NCBI GenBank assembly: GCA_051251855.1
Contig: JBPOGI010000006.1
Location: forward strand, 290,902-354,901
Length of the DNA stretch: 64,000 nt
Origin: Roseibacillus sp.
GTDB lineage: Bacteria; Verrucomicrobiota; Verrucomicrobiia; Verrucomicrobiales; Akkermansiaceae
Direction of reading: 5' to 3'
The notes under the pieces were generated by a model. It was not told where the DNA came from and did not search any database. It saw nothing but the letters and a program-made list of their open reading frames with translations. The position numbers and the translations under genes are program-made. Positions 39,810 through 48,909 of the stretch are shown here, one piece after another (the stretch's first letter is position 1; every line of letters starts with the position of its first letter).

Positions 39810-41438
39810 TCAGTTAGCATTGGTGTTCACTGGCTCGTCCACGACGGTGGAGGGTGGGAAGTCTGAGGCTTTCTCTCCCTCTCGGCTGCGTAAACGGAGA
39901 TTATTGATGCCGCCGGAGGGCTGGTTCAGGGGGATTTCCATTCCTCCGAATTGTGCCATCATTGTGTAGAGTTTGTTTTCCATTTCTTTCGCCTGCTTTT
40001 TAATGGCAGGGTCGTTGAGGAGGTTGCGGCTTTCCGCGGGGTCCTCTTGCATATCGTAGAATTCGTCAGAATCCCACAATCCGTAGTAGGTAATGTATTT
40101 GTATCGGTCGCTGCGGATGGCGAAAGTGGTTGGGGTTTGCGGGAAGTTTTTCTCCCAATAATAGACGTAGAGAAATTGCTCGCGCCAAGGGATGGTCTTT
40201 CCCTCCACGAGGGGAAGGAAGCTCTCGCCATCGACGTGAGCGGGTTCCTTGAGGCCCATCGCCGCCATGACGGTGGGGCCGACGTCGATGTTGGCAATCA
40301 TTTCGTCCACCACGGTGCCGCCCTTGATGAGCGCAGGGCAATGCACGAGCATCGGCACGCGCATTGAGGTCTCGTAGGCCACGCGTTTGTCGATGAGGCC
40401 GTGTTCGCCGAACATGAAACCGTTGTCACCCATGTAGATGACGAGGGTGTCGTCGTAGATGCCCATCTCTTTCAGTTGCTGCATCACGCGCCCGACGCTG
40501 TCGTCTACCGAACGGAGGGACTCACAGTAACGTTTGTAGTATCGCTCGACGTTCAGTTCGCTGTGGTAGGGGAAGTCAACCCCGTGCCAGGAGTTGCGTT
40601 GGTCGCGGAGCCAGCGAGGTTGGTTCAGATTGTCGGGGGTGCTGGCTTCGGTTGCGGGACGGTCGAAGGGGAGGTCTTTGAGGCTGTCTTCATACTTGGG
40701 TTCGGGGGTGAAGTTTGCGTGCACTGCCTTGTGGGAGAGGTAGAGGAAGAAGGGTTTTTCGTCAGGTTTTTGTTCTTTTAGGAAGTCTATGGCATAGTCG
40801 GTGAGCTCGCTGGTGATGTAGCCTTTTTGCTTCACGCGTTTGCCATCCACATTGAGGGTATAATTGGGAGTAGGGGGATAGTAGTGCCCTTGGCCTCGGA
40901 AGCTGACCCAGTGATTCCAGCCGGGTTGGGGTTCGTCGCTTTCGCCGCCCATGTGCCATTTTCCGATGAAGCCGGTGGAATAACCTGCTTTTTGTAAATA
41001 TTGCGGGAAGTAGACCGTGCCCTCGGGGATGGCTCGGTTGTTGTCGATAACGCGGTGGCGGAAGGTGTAAAGTCCGGTGAGAATCGAGGCTCGGCTTGGA
41101 GAGCAGAGCGAGGTGGTCACGAGCGCGTTCTTTAGGTAGGCACCATTCGCGGCCAGAGCATCCATTTCGGGTGTTTTGGCGAACTGGTGTCCGAGGAAGC
41201 TCATGGCATCATAGCGGTGATCGTCGGAGAGGATGAAAACGACGTTGCGCGGCTTTGCGCCGGGAATGGCCTCGGGTATGATGTCCTTCGGGACGGGGGT
41301 GACTGCAAGTAGGGTTGATACGGAGGCGAGGATCAAGGTTCCCACCCAGGCAACGATTCGATGGATACAAGCTTTGAAGGAGTGGTCGTCCGTGTTTTCG
41401 GTGGAGACGGGCTCAGGTCTTTGAAGAGGATTTTGCAT
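39810..41438 (-). CDS. Sulfatase (S1, N-acetylglucosamine-6-sulfatase-like)
   Basis: NVVFILSDDHR, CSPSRASILTG, GKWHMG, HKAVH, GDNGFMFGEHGLIDKR. Confidence 0.93.
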   Translation of the reverse strand: MQNPLQRPEPVSTENTDDHSFKACIHRIVAWVGTLILASVSTLLAVTPVPKDIIPEAIPGAKPRNVVFILSDDHRYDAMSFLGHQFAKTPEMDALAANGAYLKNALVTTSLCSPSRASILTGLYTFRHRVIDNNRAIPEGTVYFPQYLQKAGYSTGFIGKWHMGGESDEPQPGWNHWVSFRGQGHYYPPTPNYTLNVDGKRVKQKGYITSELTDYAIDFLKEQKPDEKPFFLYLSHKAVHANFTPEPKYEDSLKDLPFDRPATEASTPDNLNQPRWLRDQRNSWHGVDFPYHSELNVERYYKRYCESLRSVDDSVGRVMQQLKEMGIYDDTLVIYMGDNGFMFGEHGLIDKRVAYETSMRVPMLVHCPALIKGGTVVDEMIANIDVGPTVMAAMGLKEPAHVDGESFLPLVEGKTIPWREQFLYVYYWEKNFPQTPTTFAIRSDRYKYITYYGLWDSDEFYDMQEDPAESRNLLNDPAIKKQAKEMENKLYTMMAQFGGMEIPLNQPSGGINNLRLRSREGEKASDFPPSTVVDEPVNTNAN

Positions 41439-41485
41439 GGAGGGTTTCAGTTTGAGAAATTAAGCAAGCCGAGGCAAGGATGGGC

Positions 41486-41505
41486 TAGTCCCCAAAGTGA
41501 CGACA
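41486..41505 (-). promoter_or_regulatory. Island regulon motif copy 3 (TGTCGTCACTTTGGGGACTA)
   Basis: Oriented toward the sulfatase start at 41438; exact inverse of copy 4. Confidence 0.75.
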
Positions 41506-41588
41506 CTCGTTTGCGCCTTGAATCTTTGTGGTCTGTTGAGGTCTTCTTTGGGGAGGGGATGTGTGATGGAAACAACGAAAATCGTTGG

Positions 41589-41608
41589 TGTCGTCACTTT
41601 GGGGACTA
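41589..41608 (+). promoter_or_regulatory. Island regulon motif copy 4 (TGTCGTCACTTTGGGGACTA)
   Basis: Oriented toward 41692; 41485-41506 and 41588-41609 form a perfect 22-bp inverted repeat. Confidence 0.75.
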
Positions 41609-41691
41609 GTGTCGATTTACGGTCCTATGTTTCGATGATGGAGTCTCGTAGTAGGCTGTCTTTCCAGCCTTTAGAATTCTCAAAATAAACC

Positions 41692-44600
41692 ATGAAAACC
41701 AATAATTCTGTGATTCGTCACAAATTCTCCCCCAATCAAATTCTCTTCACCTGGTTGACGACTCTAGCGGTGAGCTGTCAGGTCCTCTTGGCTGACTTGA
41801 CGGTAACCCTGACAGGAGGAAGTGCCACCCAAACCTCGACGGGTACCATCACCGTGACTCTTGGTTCAACAGCCGCTCCAATCAGTAGCCAAGTGTTGCT
41901 GTCCGGCACTACCGAGATTGGCGACCAAACTGTGAGCGGGACGCTTCCTGGTTTGACCGGAAGCTTCGACATCAATTTTACGGCACTAGGCACAAGCGGT
42001 GATACTTTTGACGCGGTTGACTTCACGGGTGGCACCGCTGCCATCAATGCCACTAGCACGACCTGGGGCGTCAATTCTGATATCAATGCGTTTGAGAACA
42101 CCTTCGTGGGACAGGGTATCGTCTACAGCTTTGACTTCACCAATCTAGTGGGGGCGTCGTCTATCGATCTCAGTGGGGTTGGGCTGCAAAATAGTAATGA
42201 CAACTCTAGGATCAACTTTCGTGCAGGAGGAGCTGGCACTTCTTCGGTTCTTTATGGAGGAGGTGTTGCGGCAAGTAACGACCAGACTGTCCCTTTGACT
42301 CAAGCCCTTGATTCTGGTGATGAGATTGCGTTTTTTCCCTCCGCAGGTGGGCAGAACCGAATGAAGAGATTGTCCTTCAGCTATGTCCCCGCAGGAATCA
42401 CCCCTCCAACTGGTCTCGCAGCTACTACCGATGGATCAAAGGTCGATTTAAACTGGGACGACGATCTTTCCGGGACACTCGACTTCTACACTGTTTACCG
42501 CAGTTTGACTTCGGGATCGGGCTACGCACAAATTGCCACCAGCCTGGCAACCAGTGACTATTCCGACACCACCGTGTCGACAGGTATTACCTACTACTAC
42601 GTGGTGACCGCGACTGATAATGTTGGGCCGACTGAAAGTGGCAATAGCGCCGAGGTCTCCATCGCAGCACTTATTCAACCTCCTGCTAACTTAACAGCGA
42701 CGCAGGGGGACGGGGTGGTGACTCTCGATTGGGATGACGATGCTTCGGGCATTCTCGATTTCTATTCTGTTTATCGCAGTGAAATTTCCGGTTCGTTTGT
42801 GGACCCGCCGATTGCAACTGGTCTCGCTTCCAGCGATTACTCCGACACCGGAGTGACAAACGGAGTCACTTACTACTACGTGGTGACCGCTACCGACAAT
42901 GTTGTCGCTACCGAGAGCGGTGATAGCAGCCAAGTGAAGGCCACTCCGTTCACGCCTATTCTGACCACTGACCTGTATGTTCATCTGGATGCGGCAGATG
43001 TTCCGAGTGTGAACGAGACTGGTGGTGTCGTCTCTGACTGGTTGGACCAAACAGCCAACTTCAACGATGCCTTCAGCGCTGTGGGAGATGTCTCTTTTCC
43101 GAGTGGGAGTTTGAGCGAATCCGGTCTTCAGGGATTGGCATTTGGCTCTTCTGGGAAAACAACTCTCTCGCTGTTTAATTCTTCGGGACAAGACAGTTGG
43201 TTGGACTTCTCTGATGGTGCCGGTGCTCTTCCTTACACGGGATTCTCTCTCTTGGTAGCCGTGCACGCGGACAGTATTCTCGCTGGAATCAATCGTGATG
43301 TGGTCATGGGTAGCAACCCGACAGTCTTCTCGCTGCGCTATGAAAATGGTAATCCGAGATTGTTCTTTGGCGGGAGCATTCTGGAGACCGCTGGTGGTGT
43401 CGTTCAGGCTGACGAGACCGTGGTTTTTGCCGTGAACTACAATGCCTCTACTGGGGAAGTGGAGTTCTGGGATTCTCAGAGCGGGACGAGCGCTAGCGCG
43501 ACTATCCCTGCTACAGATTTCTCTACTACGACAGATTTGTTTCTCGGCGGAAGCGTGAACGGTGATCAATACATGGATGGTATCATCGGCGAAGTGAAGA
43601 TTTATCGTGGGGTGATGGATGCCACTGCATTTGTGAGTGAGCGCAATGCCCTCAACTTCAAGTGGACCGGTCTCACTGCACCGGTGGGACTGGATGCTAT
43701 GGGAGGATCCTCTGTGGTCGAACTCGACTGGGGTGATCAAATTGCTGATTCCTATTCCGTCTACCGTGACTCGGTGTTGCTTGCGCAAAACATTACAAGC
43801 AGTGATTACACGGATACTACCGTGACGGGCGGAACGACCTATACCTACCACGTAACCGCCACCAAGGATAGCGTGGAAAGCGCAGCCAGCGAAACTAGCA
43901 GTGCCACTCCCTATACCGCCGTTTCGGGGAGCTCGCTCTACGTTCACCTCGACGGGACCGTCGCAAGTAGTGTGGTTCTTGACCCCCCCAATATTGTTTT
44001 TGATTGGCTTGATCAGACCGCCAACGTGAACGACGCCTTCAGTTCCTTTGGTGAAGTTCTCTATCCCAGCGCCAGCTTGAGCCCGACGAGCTTGGCTGGG
44101 CTTGATATGGGTGCGGACCGGAACACTCTTTCCATGTTCGGTAGTGGTGGTCAGGATGCTTGGCTAGACTTTACCGATGCTCTCGGTGCGCTCCCTTATA
44201 GTGGGTTTTCGGTGTTTGTCGCTTTCAAGGCGGACAATGTTCCTACTCCTTCGACAACCCGAGAGGTCGTGCTTGCCAACGCCGATGCCATTGTCGACCC
44301 GAATGCGTTTATGATGCGCTACGAGGGTGGCATTCCTCGGGCCTATCTCGGAGCGGTGCAGGTCAATCAAGGTGCTGCTGTCGTCGACTCTGGTGACACG
44401 GTGATCATGGCTGTCAACTACGATGCCGCCACGGGGGACCTTGAGTTTTGGGACTCCGAGAATGGCACCTCCACTACGGTGAATATTCCGGCAGGAGACT
44501 TTTCAAGTGATGGCCAAATGTTTCTTGGTGGGAGTAGTAACCCCGGGCAGAAAATGGAAGGGATGATTGGCGAGGTGAAGGTCTATCGGGGAGTCTTAAC

Positions 44601-45027
44601 GTCCTCTGCCTTTACCGCCGAACAAGCGGCCCTGAGCACCAAGTGGCTTGGAACGGTTTCTCCTCCTGGTTTCTCGTCTTGGATTACGGGAACCTTCGCC
44701 AATGGAACCGTGACCAACCAAGGTCCCGATGATGATGACGACAATGACGGCATTAGCAACTTGATGGAGTTCGCTATCGCGGGTGAGGATCCAACGGTAT
44801 CGAATCCTTCCATTGGAATTTGCACGAGTAATTCGCTCAGCTTTACCAAGCGCGCCGCCACGAGTGGACTCACCTACGCTATCCAAGAGTCAACCGACCT
44901 CGGTGATGCCGATGACTGGACCGAAGTCTCGAGTGGTTCCTATGTCAATGATGCTGGCACCATCTCGTTTGGGTTCACGCCTGGGACCCCAGCGAAGAAC
45001 TTTCTACGGTTAGAGGTGACGAACTGA
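41692..45027 (+). CDS. Large secreted FN3 / LamG-like repeat protein with C-terminal sorting-like domain
   Basis: Signal peptide; three FN3 repeats (L.W.D...YSVYR...TYYYVVTA); two homologous LYVHLD...DWLDQTAN...GEVKIYRG domains; tail DDDDNDGISNLMEF...KNFLRLEV. Confidence 0.85.
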   Translation: MKTNNSVIRHKFSPNQILFTWLTTLAVSCQVLLADLTVTLTGGSATQTSTGTITVTLGSTAAPISSQVLLSGTTEIGDQTVSGTLPGLTGSFDINFTALGTSGDTFDAVDFTGGTAAINATSTTWGVNSDINAFENTFVGQGIVYSFDFTNLVGASSIDLSGVGLQNSNDNSRINFRAGGAGTSSVLYGGGVAASNDQTVPLTQALDSGDEIAFFPSAGGQNRMKRLSFSYVPAGITPPTGLAATTDGSKVDLNWDDDLSGTLDFYTVYRSLTSGSGYAQIATSLATSDYSDTTVSTGITYYYVVTATDNVGPTESGNSAEVSIAALIQPPANLTATQGDGVVTLDWDDDASGILDFYSVYRSEISGSFVDPPIATGLASSDYSDTGVTNGVTYYYVVTATDNVVATESGDSSQVKATPFTPILTTDLYVHLDAADVPSVNETGGVVSDWLDQTANFNDAFSAVGDVSFPSGSLSESGLQGLAFGSSGKTTLSLFNSSGQDSWLDFSDGAGALPYTGFSLLVAVHADSILAGINRDVVMGSNPTVFSLRYENGNPRLFFGGSILETAGGVVQADETVVFAVNYNASTGEVEFWDSQSGTSASATIPATDFSTTTDLFLGGSVNGDQYMDGIIGEVKIYRGVMDATAFVSERNALNFKWTGLTAPVGLDAMGGSSVVELDWGDQIADSYSVYRDSVLLAQNITSSDYTDTTVTGGTTYTYHVTATKDSVESAASETSSATPYTAVSGSSLYVHLDGTVASSVVLDPPNIVFDWLDQTANVNDAFSSFGEVLYPSASLSPTSLAGLDMGADRNTLSMFGSGGQDAWLDFTDALGALPYSGFSVFVAFKADNVPTPSTTREVVLANADAIVDPNAFMMRYEGGIPRAYLGAVQVNQGAAVVDSGDTVIMAVNYDAATGDLEFWDSENGTSTTVNIPAGDFSSDGQMFLGGSSNPGQKMEGMIGEVKVYRGVLTSSAFTAEQAALSTKWLGTVSPPGFSSWITGTFANGTVTNQGPDDDDDNDGISNLMEFAIAGEDPTVSNPSIGICTSNSLSFTKRAATSGLTYAIQESTDLGDADDWTEVSSGSYVNDAGTISFGFTPGTPAKNFLRLEVTN

Positions 45028-45056
45028 TCCCGATATTCGGTAAACGTTGGAATATG

Positions 45057-45092
45057 AATTGGCCGGCCTCGATGGGGCGGGCCAATTTCGTT
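45057..45092 (+). terminator. Probable intrinsic terminator
   Basis: AATTGGCCGGCCTC-GAT-GGGGCGGGCCAATT hairpin followed by TCGTTT, 30 nt after the 45027 stop. Confidence 0.6.
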
Positions 45093-45357
45093 TGGCGGCT
45101 GGCTGTTCAGGCCTTGTCATGACTTGGCCATCACTTGTCTGTCCAACGACGACGGTCCTTTCTGGGGGGGGCAGGAATTTGGAGGGCGTGTCTTGGGAAC
45201 GGCGGCATGGGAGGTTCCTGTCGGAGTCTGCGATGAGTCAAAGTAATGGAGAAGCGATCGAGGTTCGCTTAGGCGAGAAAAGGGGGATTGCAGGGGACGG
45301 AACCGAGGGCATGGCAGCTGGTGCAGGAGAGGTCCCCGCAAGCGGAAAAATCACTCA

Positions 45358-45377
45358 TGTCATCACTTTGAGGACTA
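45358..45377 (+). promoter_or_regulatory. Island regulon motif copy 5 (TGTCATCACTTTGAGGACTA)
   Basis: 18/20 identical to copy 4; upstream of the PEP-CTERM gene. Confidence 0.75.
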
Positions 45378-45470
45378 TCAAGGGCTTGCGTTTTTTGGTT
45401 CCGTTTTTCGGTGGCTCAGACTTTGCTGCTCTGCTTGGCTCCTTTAAAAATCCACTCCTTATTTAACATC

Positions 45471-46244
45471 ATGAAACCCAGAATATTTTCCTTAATCCTC
45501 GCTCTTGGAGCCTTGCCGGTCAGCGGCGCCATCACCACGAGTTTTGATGTCGATCTGAGTCCTGCCGCTCAAAATTTTGCTGCTGCTGGAGCCGCGTCAC
45601 TTACGCTGAATTACACGATTGATGGCGTAGGAAACGTGTCTCTGGACAATGTTGCACTCGGCGGTGGAGGAGGGGCTGCCTCTCCCGCGCGATGGGACCA
45701 AGTGGATAATGCGAGTGCCGGAACCGTCGCCGACGCGGCCTTGTTCAATACCACTCTGACTCTGACTTTTTCCGGTTCGGCCAACCCTATTCTCAATTAT
45801 CCATCGTATCCCAATGCCGGGACCGGGACCGGGTCCGTTCTGGCGACGCAGGGGCAGGGGAATGCCTCCGCCTTGGAGAATGGTGAATTTGCCGCGTTTA
45901 CCGTGAGTGGCTCGGCAGCGGCGGTGGCGGGGTTCTCCTTGGATTTGACGAACTTTTCTTATGACAACCGCCTTGCGAATGGCGGGTCGTCTTTCGGTGT
46001 TGAGGACACCACCGGTACCGTGATTGAGAGCCTCATCCCCAACACCTCGCTCGACGGAACCCTCTCTGGCACCGGAATCTCCCTGGCGCCTGGTGAAACG
46101 ATGACCTTCCGCACCATTGCCGGGAATGCCGGGGGCGCGGGTTTGAGTGGCTTTGAATTCACCGTGTCGGCAGTCCCTGAACCTTCCGCGGCGCTTCTTG
46201 GAGGACTTGGCCTGTTGACTCTCCTGCGCCGCCGCCGCGCCTAG
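45471..46244 (+). CDS. PEP-CTERM sorting domain protein
   Basis: Signal peptide MKPRIFSLILALGALPVSGA; C-terminus VPEPSAALLGGLGLLTLLRRRRA. Confidence 0.95.
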   Translation: MKPRIFSLILALGALPVSGAITTSFDVDLSPAAQNFAAAGAASLTLNYTIDGVGNVSLDNVALGGGGGAASPARWDQVDNASAGTVADAALFNTTLTLTFSGSANPILNYPSYPNAGTGTGSVLATQGQGNASALENGEFAAFTVSGSAAAVAGFSLDLTNFSYDNRLANGGSSFGVEDTTGTVIESLIPNTSLDGTLSGTGISLAPGETMTFRTIAGNAGGAGLSGFEFTVSAVPEPSAALLGGLGLLTLLRRRRA

Positions 46245-46276
46245 TTCCTTCGAAAGGAAGGAGACTTTTCTTTTGC

Positions 46277-46311
46277 AAACTCCCGTCCCGTATCGGATGG
46301 GAGTTTTTTTT
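46277..46311 (+). terminator. Rho-independent terminator
   Basis: AAACTCCCGTCC-CGTATC-GGATGGGAGTTT hairpin running into a T8 tract after the PEP-CTERM gene. Confidence 0.8.
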
Positions 46312-46346
46312 GACAAATATTTTTCACTCCAATTGACCCACGAACC

Positions 46347-48674
46347 ATGATTCACGATTCTACAGCGCATTCATTCTCCGGACCGTCCTTCGCACGCAAG
46401 CGGACTCGTTTCAAAGTCTTCTCGATTCTAACAGCGGTGATGACTAGTGGGATACTGAAGGCGGAAGACTCGACGATTCTTGACTTGGTGGATCCCTTCA
46501 TTGGGACGGGATTTCATGGGCACACATTTCCGGGGGCGACGACTCCTTTCGGGATGGTGCAGCTGAGCCCCGACACGCGCACCCAGGGATGGGATGCTTG
46601 CGGAGGCTACTACGATACCGATACTGAAATTTGGGGCTTCAGTCACACTCATCTCAGCGGCACTGGAATTGGAGACTATGGCGACGTGTTGATGATGCCC
46701 TTCACGGGAGAAGTCAGCATCGGATCGGGAACTCCTAACAAGCCCGATTACGGTTATCGCTCGGCCTACGATAAGAAGAATCAGGTGGCGAGTCCGGGCT
46801 ACTACCGGGTGTTGTTGGATCGCTTTCAGGTGAAGGCCGAGCTCACCGCCACGCCCAGAGCGGGGATGCATCGTTATACTTTTCCTGAAGCGGAGGAAGC
46901 TGGAATCGTAATCGATTTGAAGCATAGTCTTCAGAATCGCCAGACTCTTGAAGCTGAAATCGAAGTGGTCAATGAGCGCGAGATTCGCGGTTGGCGTCAT
47001 GTCAAAGGATGGGCCCCGAATCGGAGGATTCACTTCCACGCGGTTTTCTCAAAGCCATTTGTGGCCGAACTCTATGCGAATGATGCCTTGCAAGCGGGTG
47101 AAAAAGCCAAGGGCAAGCAAATCAAGGCGAAGCTGAAGTTTGCCACGAGCAAGGACGAAGAAGTGCTCATTAAAGTCGGCATCAGCCCGGTGGATATGGC
47201 TGGAGCTCAGGGGAACGTGATGGCCGAGATTGCTGATTGGAATTTTGATGGAGTGGTCGTAAAAGCGAAGCAGCAGTGGACGGAGCAGCTCGACGCCATC
47301 GAGGTGTCGGGAGGGAGTGAGGACCAACGAAAGATTTTCTACACCGCGCTCTATCACAGCTCGATTTCTCCCAATATTGCGAGCGACGTCGATGGGCGCT
47401 ATCGCGGTATGGACCAGAAGATTCATCAGGACGACGACTATACGAATCACACGGTTTTCTCCCTTTGGGACACCTTCCGCGCGCAGCATCCGCTTTACAC
47501 CATCATTGATCCAGAGCGCGACCAAGAGTGGATTCGCACCCTCCTGCGCAAGTATGATGAGGGTGGGATTCTGCCGATGTGGGACCTGGCCTCGAACTAC
47601 ACCGGTTGCATGATCGGTTATCACGCTGTGCCTGTGATCGTCGATGCTTACACCAAGGGATTGCGCGACTATGACGTGGATAAGGCCTTGGAGGCGGTGG
47701 TGTTCTCTTCCACCTATGACGGTGAGAAGCCGATTCCTTACCACACGCCTATCGTTAAAAAAGACCTCATGCCGAAGGGGAAGTTCTTCCATGCCACCAA
47801 GGATTACATTCCTGCCGATCTGGAACTGAAGTCAGTCTCCAAGGCGCTGGAGTTTGCCTATAACGATTGGACCATCGCCCGGATGGCCGAGGGGATGGGG
47901 CGCAAGGACCTCGTGAAGGAATACGATGAGCGCGCGGGTCGCTACCGGGCCTACTTCGATGCTGAGACCGGATTTATGCGTGGAAAGAATGAAGATGGTT
48001 CTTGGGTAGAGCCCTTTGTTCCTACGGACTCGAATCACAACGATGGAGAATACGTGGAAGGCAATGCTTGGCAGTGGACTTGGTTCGTGCCCCACGATGT
48101 TCCTGGCATGATTGAGATGTTTGGAGGACGGGAGCCTTTTGCGAAGAAGCTCAATGAATTGTTCACCACCGACTCGACCCTGACGGGAGAGCGAATTTCA
48201 GGCGATATCACCGGCCTCATCGGCCAATACGCGCACGGCAACGAGCCGAGCCATCACATCGCCTACCTCTTCAACTGGGTGGAGAAGCCATGGCGAACTC
48301 AGGAGATTGTGCATCAAATTATGACCGAGTTCTATCAGGCGGCACCTGCAGGCCTGATTGGAAACGAGGACTGCGGCCAGATGTCGGCCTGGTTCATCTT
48401 GAACGCGATGGGAATCTATCAGGTCGCACCCGGAGACACTCGGTTCTCGATTGGAGTGCCATTGTTCCCCGAGACGCGGATTCCACTGAAGGACGGCAAA
48501 GTCTTTGTGGTTCGGATGGAAAATGGGGGAGAAGAGAACCCCTATATTCAGAGTGTCACCCTCAACGGTAAAAACCTAACGAGTCCTTTTGTCGACTATG
48601 CCGACATTATGTCTGGTGCAGAGTTGGTCTTCAAAATGGGTTCCGATAAGACGGTGTTCTGGAAAACGAAGTAG
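46347..48674 (+). CDS. GH92 family alpha-mannosidase
   Basis: VDPFIGT, HTFPGA..PFGMVQLSPDT, FSHTHLSGTG, FSLWDTFR, EGNAWQW, YAHGNEPSHH, GNEDCGQMSAW. Confidence 0.96.
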   Translation: MIHDSTAHSFSGPSFARKRTRFKVFSILTAVMTSGILKAEDSTILDLVDPFIGTGFHGHTFPGATTPFGMVQLSPDTRTQGWDACGGYYDTDTEIWGFSHTHLSGTGIGDYGDVLMMPFTGEVSIGSGTPNKPDYGYRSAYDKKNQVASPGYYRVLLDRFQVKAELTATPRAGMHRYTFPEAEEAGIVIDLKHSLQNRQTLEAEIEVVNEREIRGWRHVKGWAPNRRIHFHAVFSKPFVAELYANDALQAGEKAKGKQIKAKLKFATSKDEEVLIKVGISPVDMAGAQGNVMAEIADWNFDGVVVKAKQQWTEQLDAIEVSGGSEDQRKIFYTALYHSSISPNIASDVDGRYRGMDQKIHQDDDYTNHTVFSLWDTFRAQHPLYTIIDPERDQEWIRTLLRKYDEGGILPMWDLASNYTGCMIGYHAVPVIVDAYTKGLRDYDVDKALEAVVFSSTYDGEKPIPYHTPIVKKDLMPKGKFFHATKDYIPADLELKSVSKALEFAYNDWTIARMAEGMGRKDLVKEYDERAGRYRAYFDAETGFMRGKNEDGSWVEPFVPTDSNHNDGEYVEGNAWQWTWFVPHDVPGMIEMFGGREPFAKKLNELFTTDSTLTGERISGDITGLIGQYAHGNEPSHHIAYLFNWVEKPWRTQEIVHQIMTEFYQAAPAGLIGNEDCGQMSAWFILNAMGIYQVAPGDTRFSIGVPLFPETRIPLKDGKVFVVRMENGGEENPYIQSVTLNGKNLTSPFVDYADIMSGAELVFKMGSDKTVFWKTK

Positions 48675-48909
48675 AAGCCATCGACGCACATTTAGGGTTC
48701 TTCAGCCTTGAAGGCGCGAGGAAGATGATGGAGATCGAGTTCCCTTTAGAGGGGTTGATGAATTAGCGGTTGGGAGGATAAATTGATTATCGCAGCGGAT
48801 TGGATAAGGGAGAAAGGCGCGATTGATACGAGTGAGAAGAGGCTATGGTTATCTTCAATCGGTCGTGTCGAGTGTGGCAAATTCGGTGGCGAAAATGTCT
48901 GGCGGTTGG

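Noticed and set aside
41485..41609. 22-bp perfect inverted repeat as MITE/IS ends
   Set aside because: The same motif occurs singly and directionally at other promoters, and there is no target-site duplication or transposase; better explained as two regulator sites.
45047..45466. 139-aa ORF between the FN3 and PEP-CTERM genes
   Set aside because: It overlaps a terminator hairpin and the regulatory motif and has no protein features; treated as intergenic.
32956..46370. Antisense ORFs 32956-33810, 38078-38836, 42691-43947 and 45597-46370
   Set aside because: Shadow frames of the GH71/99-like, sulfatase, FN3 and PEP-CTERM genes.
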